Shown piece by piece: positions 1-11,700 of a stretch of 64,000 bases of DNA. This stretch comes from Hydrolagus affinis (lineage: Eukaryota). The position numbers and the translations under genes are program-made. Each line of letters opens with the position of its first letter. Position 1 is the first letter of the stretch. Under the pieces are notes generated by a model, which was given only the letters and a program-made list of their open reading frames with translations, had not been told where the DNA came from and made no database searches. The stretch is taken from contig JAAILG010000925.1 of NCBI GenBank assembly GCA_012026655.1, positions 1 to 64,000 of the forward strand, read 5' to 3'.

Positions 1-331
1 GGGGTGGATGTGATAATATACAGATAGATAAAGATGGGGGGGATGTGAGAGAGGAGAGGGAGAGAGACACAGAGACACACAGACAGAAAAACACAGAGAT
101 GGAGAGGGTGAGAGACACAGAGAGAGAAAGATATTTACCTCCTGAGAAGATAGGCCCCGAATGCGCGCGCATCCGGGATGCACGCGCACATGGAATGCGC
201 GCGCAGCCCGAATGCGCGCGCAGTCTGAATGCGCGCGCATGCGCAGTACGAAAAAATCTATATTTCGGTATATCTCGATATGAACCCATCGATATATTTA
301 ATCGGGAAAATTTCCATATCGACGTTCCCTA
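1..331. mobile_element. Right end of an hAT-like DNA transposon with internal GA/CA microsatellite and (GAATGCGCGCGCA)n subterminal repeat
   Basis: Terminus reads TAGGGAACGTCGATATGG on the minus strand (ends at 331); a related terminus occurs at 48883; CpG-rich. Superfamily inferred from the TAGGG..CGATAT terminus. Confidence 0.5.
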
Positions 332-409
332 CTCCCAAGTACAATATATCTTTTTTTTTTTCTCTTTCTCAATGATTTTACTGCTCAAGACATCTGGCTC
401 CATAGTAAA

Positions 410-685
410 AGTCCTGTAGCTCAGCGGTTAGAGCCCTCGCCTTACAAGTGAGAAACCCGGGTTCAATTCGAGGCAGGGTGAATCCTTGGGCAAGTTTCCT
501 TACTCCACATGCCCAATAATAATCCCTCAAAAAAAAAAAAAAAAATTCGGTTATTTCAATCCAAGTCTGTGGGACAGTTCTGTGCACATTTGGCTGCTAG
601 TCAATTCACTTTCCAGTATATTCTATGAAGCACTATAGACATCTACATGACGTGAAAAGCACTATATCAAATGCAAGTATTATTA
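410..685 (+). mobile_element. tRNA-derived SINE (young family)
   Basis: A box TAGCTCAGCGG, B box GGTTCAATTC, CCTTGGGCAAGTTTCC, A-rich linker, L2-type tail ending AAATGCAAG(TAT)n; homologous to copies at 17210, 52047 and 59412. Confidence 0.85.
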
Positions 686-791
686 CTTTCCTAGTTCGTG
701 CAGCAGTGATTAACCCATTTTGCAATGTAATTCATACACACAAATAAAATGTGAAGCATAGCAGTAAGATAATTTCAGTGGACATTTATAT

Positions 792-797
792 TTTAAT
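792..797 (-). terminator. Distal polyadenylation signal ATTAAA
   Basis: Plus-strand tttaat; downstream on the minus strand is TTTTATTTGTGTGTATG, a GU-rich element. Confidence 0.6.
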
Positions 798-1408
798 TTA
801 CATTTTTTGGACATTTTGCACATAAATAACAATGTAAACCAGTATGTAAACATAAGATGCAGGTTTCTAATGGTTGAAAAGCAAAAGTCCGGATGCTGCA
901 AAATGACTGGTTGCTTTGGTCAAAGAGGAAATCTATAATGAAAAGTATAATGGAAAGATCCAACCATCGGTAAAGTTTCCAGACTGGCTTCAGCTACATT
1001 CACTAGAATGGAGTCTGCGAGCAAGACTTCAGTTTGGACGGGGCTGCCACTAGGTTCATGTAGCCAATGCAACATTAAAAACACCAACATAGAAACATTA
1101 CAGAGCAAAGAAATAAAGTGTGTTCAGTGATAAGAGTAGTGATGCTTTGGTTTGCATTAAACCGATCAGAAACAAGTCTAACTTCCTATTAAGTCAACCT
1201 CTCTGCACTGTTTCTGGCTTTAACTGAGAGCATCCCGATGGCCCAAATGTCCCTTTAAAAAGTCGATAAAAGTCCGTCTTTGTTTTACTCTGTAGTTCAC
1301 AACTTAGCAGGTTGTTTTCTTGGACTCTTATTATTAGATAAAATCAATTGCTGCTACATATCAATGACATTTTCTTGAAGCACAAGCCAGCAGAATTCCT
1401 GACTAGCA

Positions 1409-1414
1409 TTTATT
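1409..1414 (-). terminator. Possible proximal polyadenylation signal AATAAA
   Basis: Plus-strand tttatt inside the 3'UTR; usage unknown. Confidence 0.3.
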
Positions 1415-2188
1415 TCTAATCGGATCCTACTGTGAAGCAGCAAAACAATCATCAATAACGTCCCTACACCACTGGACAAGCAATGAGGTAACTGTTGTTC
1501 AGCTTTACAATCTCCTTCCTACCTCATCCGCCATTCAGTAAATAACACAATACTGAAACTATGATGGTCTCAACAGAGAAAAAAAGAAAAAAAAGAAAGG
1601 AGTAAAAGAGAATGAGAAAAAGAGGGAATGAGAGAAAGAGAGAAAGACAAAGACTACAAAAGGGCAAACGATCCAACGATTGAAAACTTCCTGTTTTGGC
1701 AAAACACCACCATATTGCAATAGTATTTTACAAAAACATTGCCTATTTCATTAACCTGTTCCCTTCTCTTCCTCCCTCCCTCCTTCCCGCCAATATTAAC
1801 TTACTTAAAAAAAAGACAGTGTTAAGTATCTACAAAGAATGGCAACAGAGAAGATAAAAATAAAACATTTTGATATTTGATTACAATGACAGATTGGGTC
1901 ATTGCAAACATTACTTCCGAATATTGCTTTAACAATCTAAATTGCATAATAAATTATCGAGTATTATTCTTGGAAAAATAATTATGTTTAAATGATTGTC
2001 TTTGTCAAGGCTTGTTATAAAGTCCTGCCAAATGTTTTGGAGATGCCCTGAGTCGAAAGAAGAGGTGCCCAGCAAAGGGCAGCTCTTATTATGTAGGCCA
2101 GGCTTATGCAGCACTGCAGAAATCCTATGTACATTCGAATGCTACAGGCACCCTGGCTGCTGAAGTCATAAACACACCACACCTCATC

Positions 2189-2764
2189 TCAAGGATCAAT
2201 AGGTTCAATCGCTTCTTGCTTGACTTTTATAGGTATGAGAGGTAGAGGACTACCGTGAGGCATTTTAAGGACTGAAGCTTCCAGGTTTTCGTACAGATTG
2301 CACTCCGAAGAGAGGAGACCACTCCCCAGGCTCCTTTGAAAAGTAGTTTTTAAGCTGGATTCTTCTGCCTCTCTCCTTAGCATGGTAATGATCTGCTTCT
2401 CAACCACCGACTCCACATCACCGCTGTGCTCCATATCGTCCAGCTTGTCTGCACTGTCACTGATGTCGAACTTATTGATTTCCTCATTGAAATGGTGCAA
2501 ATCTTCCAGGGACTTGCCAGCGCTTGGGGCAATGGGGCAGTTTCCCTTGAGGTGCACCTTCAGGCTACAGAGATGAATGTAGGTCTTGTGGCACTGGAGG
2601 CATTTGTGAGGGCGCTCCCTGGTGTGCAGGCGCTTGTGGAGCTTGAGGTGGACAAACTGTGTGAACTTAGCTGGACAGAGCTTACACTGGTAAGGCTTTT
2701 CTCCTGAGTGCAGCCTTAGGTGGGTCTTTAGATTGCTTGTGCTGCTGAACCGTTTGTGGCAAAC
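2189..2764 (-). CDS. prdm1: prdm1 last coding exon (fingers 3-5 and acidic C-terminus), 576 nt to TGA
   Basis: [76 protein letters not shown]...[10 protein letters not shown]...[13 protein letters not shown]; acceptor tcctgaccAG. Confidence 0.96.
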   Translation of the reverse strand, partial: VCHKRFSSTSNLKTHLRLHSGEKPYQCKLCPAKFTQFVHLKLHKRLHTRERPHKCLQCHKTYIHLCSLKVHLKGNCPIAPSAGKSLEDLHHFNEEINKFDISDSADKLDDMEHSGDVESVVEKQIITMLRREAEESSLKTTFQRSLGSGLLSSECNLYENLEASVLKMPHGSPLPLIPIKVKQEAIEPIDP

Positions 2765-5700
2765 CTGGTCAGGAGGAAAAGAAAGAAGTTATTAGGAGAC
2801 AGGTATTATTGGGACATCCTCACGACATTCCTCACCAATGTAAGACAAAAATTAATGCAATAAATTTGATATAGCACATATTTCTGGAGACGGGTATTTG
2901 AAAGGCACTCTGTAAATGTCATTTTGTTGTTGTTATGCTCCATTTGTAGTTTTGTAAGATTAAAAAAAAGGATTGAATTTTATATTTCAAACTCTCACAG
3001 GGTTTTAGGGTAATTATTGTCAACAACAGCTTGAATTTATATAGTGCCCTTCACATGGGGTAGCATCTTGGAGCGTTCAAATGTATTTGCTTTGTTGTGG
3101 AATTCTTAAATCTGCCTTTTTTTTGCTGGCGAACTTGCTTACGTACAAGATCAATGAAGCCTAAATCACCAATGGTGAGGAAGGAGAGAGAAGGGGGATA
3201 TTCCAATCACATTAGTCAGAGTTTCAGCTGGACTAACAAGGTTGTTGTAGTATTTCAGTTTACTTAGAAGAACAGTTTCTCAGCAATACAATTAGATTCT
3301 GAAAGGTCACCACCACTGTTGAACCTAATGTGTCTTATGTGAAGATGACAAGTGTTTGGGTAAGACTGCATCTCAGTATTACTAGGTGTCCACCATTGCC
3401 TGATCACTCCTCTGACAAACATGACACAAACTAGATCAGCACCAAACACATTGGTTTCAGTGATTCAATTCTATACTGAAAGGAGGCCTCGGGTTAATTC
3501 ACCTGTTATCTGTCAAAGCCTGTATCTAACACTATGGAACGACCTTTTGCAGGTGAATCACAGTCAAATTACTAAGAACAAGAAAGAGCGCAACAACCAT
3601 TGAGTGGGAGATCTCTAATGATCCGACAGACTTGTGGATTGCATTACCAGAAACCGAATCGGAACAAACGTTATTGCACTTTGAAAGGCGTTTGTGAAGT
3701 TTCACCATTTATAGTAGGCCACCAGTGTCTAAGAGATCCCCCTTTCTCACACTATTAATATTAGCTTGCATTAAACCATAGGTAGCTTAGAATAAATCAT
3801 GAGAAGTTCCCATGGTACAATTTACCACTGCTTTTACTGAATTAGAACTAAAGAGCTCAGTCCACCCACTGTTAGCTAAGACCATTCTGCTGTGAAACTT
3901 TATTGTTGCAAAGATGTGGAAAATGCTTAAAATTCAGTCTTCATTTGAAAGCTAGTTTTCAGCAGTTCTTAAAGCAGATCCAGCTTCCAAATTAAATCTA
4001 TGAATTTTCCAGAACTATGTGTTATATAAAATTTATTACATTAATTTTTTCTATGTTGGTGAGGAATGTGTAACACTATTACACAGTTATATTTTAGACA
4101 TTATGTTATTTAGATGTGTTATTTAAATTTTAAAAAGCTTAGTTTGTGATGCTCAGGTCAAAAAAAGTTAATAATATGATAATCCATGCATTTGATATAA
4201 TGCCTTATCACATCGTCAAAATATCTTAATACACTGAAAACTTGGATTTTCTGTGTGAATATGGCTGCCAAATTTATTTGGGAGCTTATTGCTGAGCACA
4301 CCAGGAGAAACTCCCCTCTCTTTTCAAGTAGTGCCACTGAATCATTCGCATCCATCTGAACAGGTAGATGTGACCTCAGTTTAACATCTTATCCGAAGGA
4401 CAACACTACCGACATCGCAGTGCCCCCCCACCCATTAGAGTGTCAGTACAGACTTCGGCTTACCTGACATTCATGTGGTTTTTCCCCAGTATGAACCAGA
4501 AAGTGCTTCTGTAGGTGTGCGAGCTGTGTAAAGCCTTTATTGCAGGTCTGACACTTGAAGGGTCTTTCCCCACTGTGTACCCTCAGGTGAACCTATGAGA
4601 AAATTAACAATTATTACAACACTAACAAATGGATCAAATTCCACTAGTCTTTTATTAAAACCAATTTTAAAACCAGTTGGTACTAAGATTGCACACAATT
4701 GTGGAAAACTATTCAACTCAGTCTTAAAATAGGAAGCCATTCGCTGCAGTTGTTGAAAAGAACCGGCTTCTGAATTAAGACTGAATTTTTCAGTACTTCA
4801 AATATTCTTAAATTTTACATGTTAAGACTCGGTGTAATTTTGAGCCCATTAGAGTTCAGTTTAGATACAATGCTAATTTTGTTAATGGAATTCATAGATC
4901 CCCATAGATGCTTCCAGTGTAAAAAATGATGTAATCGTTAAGTTCAATTATGAAGCGCGATATTAAATGTGTGTAATAGCTATGAGGGGAATTTACAAAA
5001 CTTGCTTTCTGTGACTTTCTCTACACAGAAATTTATGTTTTGTTCCTTACTAAAAGCTTCAAAATGAATCTTCAGCGTCTTTCACGTCAGGAGGACGTCA
5101 GGGACGTCCTCCTGACGTGAAAGGCGCTAAACAAGTGTAATTTTTTTTGTTTTGTTTTGTTGTTACTCCCCATCCCTTTCCAGTTCTCTTCTCTCATTGA
5201 CCTCCTACTGTAAGTAGATTCCACAAACCCTGATTTCTAACCTGTAAACCCACTGTGGTCTCTCTTCCCATATGAATTCTGACAATGTAGTCTAATACAC
5301 CCTCATCACTCAAAGGTTTCCCAACAAGTTTTCAGAATGAGAAGAATACTATATTTAGCATTTGCCGAGTTATACCTTGACAATTATTAACTGGCAAAAG
5401 GGGGAAGGGGTAAATAATGATAAAAATAGGTACCAATCCTTAAGACACTAAGCATGCATTTCACAGTAGGGCTTCTAGTTGCAATCAGGAGCGAAGGATC
5501 TCTGGCTAATTTTATTCCCCACTACAATCCCAAGCAGTGAACCCTGAGACCAATTAAAAAGTTCCATACTTTTATGCTTCTGAAATTATTTAAACCCCCT
5601 TCAAGCGCTGAAGGGGGCGGTGGGGAGGGGGGGAACGCAGCAGCAGCTTGAAATTTCAGGGCAACTATCTAGTAGTACCCAAACCACCCTCTGGGGTCCT

Positions 5701-8700
5701 CAAGCCTCCGCTCTCAACAACCTGCACCTAATAGTTCTAGGATTAGATGTGCAGGGTGCATTCATTTGGGGGTGGGGGAGGTGGAGGGGCAGGCAGGGGT
5801 GGACAAAAGAGAATACACACAGTCTGTGACAAACAGAGGGGACATTTCCATATACTTGGAAGTCTCAGTAGTTTAATTTGGATCCTCTTAAAGTTAGTGA
5901 TGTGTTTGAGTGCACGTCAGACACCATTCTGAACAAAATAATGACCGTGTTGGAAAAACTAAAAGTTACCTTGAGGTTCGACAATTGTCCAAAGGTCTTG
6001 AAGCAAATGTTGCACTCGTATTTGATCTTCCCATTCTGCTTCTTTAAGGGGTAAGGAAGTGTCTTGTAACCGGTGAGATTTCTCTTTGGCTTGCTCAGGT
6101 TACCAGCTTCTTCAATACTATTGACCAGCCCTGCTGAGGTAGGTTTGGGTTGCATTAAATGTTCAGAATATGATGCAGCTGTGCCGGCCGTCGGAGACGA
6201 CCCGTTGGCAGGGCTGGAAGTCCTGTCCTTCAGACTGGCCGCAGAGCCTATGATGGAGAAGGCACTGTTGGACGCTGGAATGCGAAAGTCTCTCGGCTGC
6301 TCAGGGAACAGCAGACTATGACCTCTCTCCAGGGGAAACTTGCTGGGCAGGACCATCTGACTGAATATGGGCTGGGGGATGTTCCCATTTCCGATGAGGC
6401 TGCTGTAAATTGGGTACATCCTGGGAAAGAGATTGAAGTTGTTCATGCCGTTTATACCACTGAGAGCACTGAAGCCATTGCTCACTGAGTAATGAGGTAA
6501 GAAGAACCTGGAGTACTGGGCATTAACTGAACCATAGGGTTGTAAGAGAGCTGGAGACAGCTGGCTGGGAGAGGGATAGGCTGGGAGGCACCCCAATCCT
6601 TCTCGGTTGTAGGGTCCACTTAAGTAAGGGAAGCCTTCTTTATGTTCCTGAGATGAAGGAGTTGGAGGGGAAACAAGAGGTTTGGGACTGCTGTACGGAG
6701 TTGAACTTTTCAAGCTTTGCTCTGGGCTGCTTCTAGCTGACAAGCTGGGGGTGACTGAGGACCGGATGGGGGAATGTAACTGCTTGATGTAACTGTGCCT
6801 CTCGGTCCTGTAAGGATTGGTCTTCAAGTAGTCATCTGAAACGTGAGGTCTGAGCGGGTACACAACACGGGGGAGGAAGGTCCGTTCTGGGCTGTGTCTT
6901 TGCCTGAACTCAATTTCCTTTCTGGGAGCCATTTGGGGTTGAATTGTTTGCACTGAGTTCCTTTCCTTCATTTGCTTCTTCTCAAAGCTGCGTACCACGT
7001 TCCTGCTCTCAGCTCCCTTCACTTCAACGAAATCGGAGCCATAGTGCGTTTCCTTATGATTTTGTTCTGTTTAGAGGGGAGAACGAAGAGGAGGAGGAGG
7101 AGGAGGAAGAAACAAAATACCATCAGGAAATGAGTCACTTAAGTACACCATTGCAAAGCATTTCCTTCTCAGTTTCATTTCACGGAGAGAACAGCACTGC
7201 GAGTTTATTACAGGAATTGGGAGCTAGGCTGCACTCTGACTCAGCAAATTGTGTATTATCAGGAAGTGGTCGCGCTCTTTACCAACATTGCGTAATACAT
7301 ACACTTTCACTGTATTTGCCTCAGAATGCAGCACTCACTTGCGATAACCGTGTATACAGATTAGCGCGGCGACAATGAAACATGACAGGTAAACCTGTGC
7401 CAAACCACAAATGCCAGCTCGCTTTCTGGCCGAGCCACTTTCCAAAAGTAAAAAAAACACAAGAGAGACTACTGTATTGTTAGTACAGCCCTTGTTGTCA
7501 TTAATAGAGGTAACTAATACCTGGGAGGGATTGCAAGGCAGCAACCTAATCGGAGGGTGTCACATAACGCTGAACCTGCCAAACTCAACCAGTTGGGAAC
7601 TGACATCCAAGAGCTGAGCGAACTTGGGCTTCAAATTCACAGGGTAGTATTTTTTTGTTTATTTAATAATAAAACAAATTCTGTCAAGTTTATGTCAAAA
7701 CACACACACATCCACAAGTTTTAGGTTCATTTTTGCTTTTATCGGCCTAAATTTTGTAATCATAATTACTACAGATTATGAAGGTCTATGAAACTATGTT
7801 AAATTCTAATGGATTATTTCCCCCCGGCTGTGAGATAGTAACATGATAGCTGATAATTATAATACTTTTGACTCAAAAATATTGGCCAAATTAGATTTGA
7901 ATAAATTAATTGATGAAGAACCTCAGTATGCTGTTTATCTGGATGATTTGCAGTTTGTGGAGGGAAGAGTTGGAAAAGTGACAAACAGGGCTTTGGCATA
8001 GTTGAGCCTGGTTGTAATGAAGGTATATGAGGGTTTCAGCGGCCTGAGAAGCGATGTAGTGGCGGAGTCGGGCAGTGTTGCGGAGGTGGGGGAAGGCAGA
8101 GCGGGTCATGGAACAGATGTGAGGGAGAAAGAACAGTTGAGGGTTGAACAAGACGCCCACGTTCCTGCCTGGTTTGGTGAGGGTGCATCCATGCTGGTGC
8201 TGTTAGTGTCTGAGGTGCGACTGCGCTGGCGCGAGACAATCAGGAGACTCATCTTGCAGTGTTAAGACCTCCTTGTGTACAGTGAGCATCCTCAGGCTAC
8301 TACAAAGGGACTGAACACAAGGAGAATGTGTCTAGATAAATGTTCTGGGATGCTATCCTGCATGAGGGGCGCAGTATAAACATTGGCATTGTCCTGATTA
8401 GATAACTAGGCCTTTACTGTACCATTGCCTTACTGATAATAAATGGAGTTTATTATCTCTGTGAGCTTGATTGTCTAGTGTCCGCCACCACTAGACTCAA
8501 TCTTTACAATCAACACTGCATGACCGATTTGACAAGAGTCTCTAACTATCTATACAAAACATTGTGCTGGAATAGCAATCGAACAATAGAAGGAGAAACG
8601 CAGCTGACAGAAGAACGCACCAGTCATCCATAACAACTATATTGTAGAGATGCCACTATTGGAGCTTCAAGTATAAACTTCTCTGTCACACACCCAGCAT

Positions 8701-11700
8701 CACAAAGTGCATTAGGCCTCCTTGAGTGTAGCCTGAGGCTGCGTACTCTACACAAGGAGTTCTTAACAAGGAATCTATAAACACAGCAAATGTTCACTCC
8801 ATGGTTCTTCACTAACTGTTTTACCTCACACACAGAAAACACACAAGAACATTTATTTCTGAGGTAAATAAAAACTGTAAAATAGGGTCCCAGGTTTCTG
8901 ATACATTTTAAAAAATTGTGTAAATGTGAATCCGTTCTGTACAATCCTTAGTTTTACTTACATCAATGTCGAGGCTGTCACAGTCACCTGTGGCACTAAA
9001 AAAAAAGGCTTGTGTCCTATCCCGACTGCCATTTAACTTGACATCCTGGAGCTGTCAAACAAAGTGCTCCTTAGAAGCCAAGACTGAGTGTGCTTGGATT
9101 TCAGGCCTCAGAGCTGCTGAACTATAGTCATCGAGGGTTTTGTGCATTGGCACGGTTAAACAAACAAGAGTGAGTGTATGCTGTAGGCAAGGTGCTGATA
9201 GCAAAGGCTGATAGCAGGATTTGGCTTCCTTGAGCCACGAGATGAAAATAAATATGAGGTTATCAGGGAGATATCAATCTCTCAACTGGGGCTTGGCAGG
9301 CAGGAAGTTCAAGTAGTCACTGGTGAATTCTTTCACAGTAATAGTACCAAAGGAAAAAAAAACAAGCAATGAACCCCTCATTGGCCGGGCTGAAGGTTGG
9401 GAAGGGGTGACAATTAGCATTGCTCGGGGGGTATGCAAGGCAGTACCATAGCATGCTGTTTGCCAGTTTGCCGACCTATTCATCTGAATTACCAATAGCT
9501 GACACGCAGCACTTCGAATGACTCTTTATTCTTAAAGGCACAGTGGGTTGCTTTCGAATACAGACAAGCCATGCTGGTGAAAATATTAATACGCTCTTCC
9601 GTTCAATACATTGTTTCCTTTTGTTTTGAAAATATGAAAACTTTGAAAATCGAAACATATGTTGCAGCGTCAGATCAACCTACTGCCCTAGACAGTCAGA
9701 AGCCAAAATTCTGACGAGTGTTAGCCACAAATTGCAGTAGTAAATCGCTGTATCATGCAGTTTGGGAAATTTCTTAAATTCGGTCTTAATTGGAAAGCTG
9801 GTTTTTACACAATCCTTAAAACCAATTTTCAGATGGGAATACTGCTAGTGTAGTGAATAGGGGGGCACTATATAAATGCAAGTTGTTGTTGTAGATCTGC
9901 AGCCTACCGACCAGAAACTGTTACTGGTTCAAATCCCAGAAATTGTTACTGGTTCAACTTTGTGCTGAGTTTGCTGGTATCAGCCTGACCTGTTTGGGAG
10001 GCTTAATTAACCCTAATTTTTCCTGGACAAGAGAGGAAAAAAGCAGCCAGGGATTCTGCATCTCGTCCCTTTACAGGTTTTGCATGTGTGGGGGTGGGTC
10101 AGATTGGTGAAGCTAGACTCAGTTGTTATGATCTGTACCATTGAGTGAACTGAACTGCGCTCACACATGAACGATGGGGCATTTGGACAAGGTACCAGAC
10201 GGCAACCAGAGGAGCTGAAACAAAGCCAGAGGTGGTAGGCCAGAAGCACAGAGCCTAGTATCAGTAGAGTGAAAAATTAGATGTTTCTAAAATCTTAAAT
10301 TTTGAAAAATTGATTTAAGACAAATAACACAAGGAATTTACAGACTGAACAGGCTGGAGTCATAAAAGATCTGAAATTCCACCTGGTCTCAGCTTGTCAG
10401 ACCATTTTGTGTTAAGGTTCAAGATCACACATAATTGTGAAAAATCCTTAAATATAGTCTTAATTTGGATGCTGGTTTTACGCAACTCTTAAAAAAGAAA
10501 ACAGGTTCAGAATTTATATTAAAAGTTAGATTTCTGCACAATTCTGACTAAGTTTAAGACTTGATGGTCTGCCAGACTAAGAGTAGGTGGAATTTCAGGC
10601 CCACTGAGCAGATGATTAGTTTTACACCTTCCTCCTCACTTTTCTAACTATCAGAAATCCCCCTTTTTATTAAATGCTGCTTTGACCCCAACGTGCGATT
10701 TCTTTGACATTCTCTTCTCGTGGCCACTCATCCCCTTTTACAATTTCTGTTATTAAGAAACTCGGTTGCTCTCATTTGTGCACATAGGAGGAGGCAGAGG
10801 GTTTGCTTATGATTTGAGTGCAGAGAAAAACATAGTATGTCGAGGGTCGACCTCCTGTCATAAAATCCACAACCAGGTCTAAATAGTGTAGCTCCTGTAG
10901 GCGGGGAATGCCTCTGGTTCTCTCTTCAAATCACACTGAATCTGTTGTATCACATTTGATACTAAAATAAAGAATGTCGCGGTTTGCGACTGACTCCATG
11001 TTCTGTTCAGAGGAACACATCAAATAAAAGGCAACCTACATTCAAAACTAGAGTAGACCAGTCAACAAGCAAATACAGAATACAACAGCAATAAAAAAAA
11101 GATGAATAGGAAATGCAACCACAGTGATCCTGTTATCGGATATTAACTGTTATCGGGAGTTAACTGACTGGTTCACCCTTGAAGACAAAAGTTACCACAA
11201 AGTGGTTGCTAAAGCTCCATTCCTATTTTGCATCCCATTTTATTTGGTATTTTTGGCCCAGGAGAAAAGGAAATACATTCCATTGCTCTTCCGACGTGAA
11301 GCCAATGTACTTTGCCAACTGGATCACCCATGCATGCGTTTATCACTACGTGCTCCAAATTACTCCAACACACTCCTTGCCGGTCTCCCCAGCTCCACCA
11401 TTCAAAAGATCCAGCTCATTCAAAACTCTGCCACCCACATACGACCTGGACCAAACCACTGTACCCACATTTCTCCAGTTCCCACCGGGCTCCACATCAT
11501 CGAACAGATCAACTTTAAGATCCTCACACTTGTGTTCAAATCCACTCACTTCCTGGCACTTCCCTACCTCTCCGACCTATTCACTCCCCAATCAATCACC
11601 AGGCACCTCCGCTCGACCCTCGCATTCTCCACCCCACTGTTGGAGGTCACACTTTCAGCCACTACTCCCCCAAACTCTGGAACACTCTCACTCAATCCCT

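Larger units (their letters stand above)
770..2188 (-). other. prdm1: prdm1 3'UTR (3' end approximate)
   Basis: Follows the stop codon, is AU-rich and free of interspersed repeats, carries several miRNA seed matches, and ends at ATTAAA (792-797) followed by U/GU-rich sequence. Confidence 0.7.

Noticed and set aside
159-247. Short direct repeats with small spacers, superficially CRISPR-like
   Set aside because: 13-bp units with spacers of only a few bases, vertebrate DNA, no cas genes.
45-419. 124-aa ORF rich in R/E/D/T and ARA repeats
   Set aside because: Translation of a GA/CA microsatellite and the transposon subterminal repeat.
410-480. tRNA genes (also at 17210, 20697, 52260, 59412, 60665)
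   Set aside because: A and B boxes are present, but most run directly into a SINE body and none gives a convincing cloverleaf; they are SINE heads.
1519-1526. Perfect let-7 8mer CTACCTCA
   Set aside because: On the plus strand, antisense to the mRNA.
2382-2707. Plus-strand ORFs over the last exon (also 6073..6321 and 6944..7378)
   Set aside because: Antisense shadows of prdm1 coding sequence and the GAG repeat.
5735-5742. BCL6-like TCCTAGAA in intron 5
   Set aside because: Isolated 8/9 match with no supporting context; expected by chance.
5612-5802. G-run clusters as G-quadruplexes (also about 57690-57735)
   Set aside because: Such G runs are common throughout the window and nothing indicates function.
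5865-5969. C-terminal tail VTFSFSNT... of the 385-aa ORF
   Set aside because: Read-through into intron 5 past the donor; zinc finger 1 continues in exon 6.
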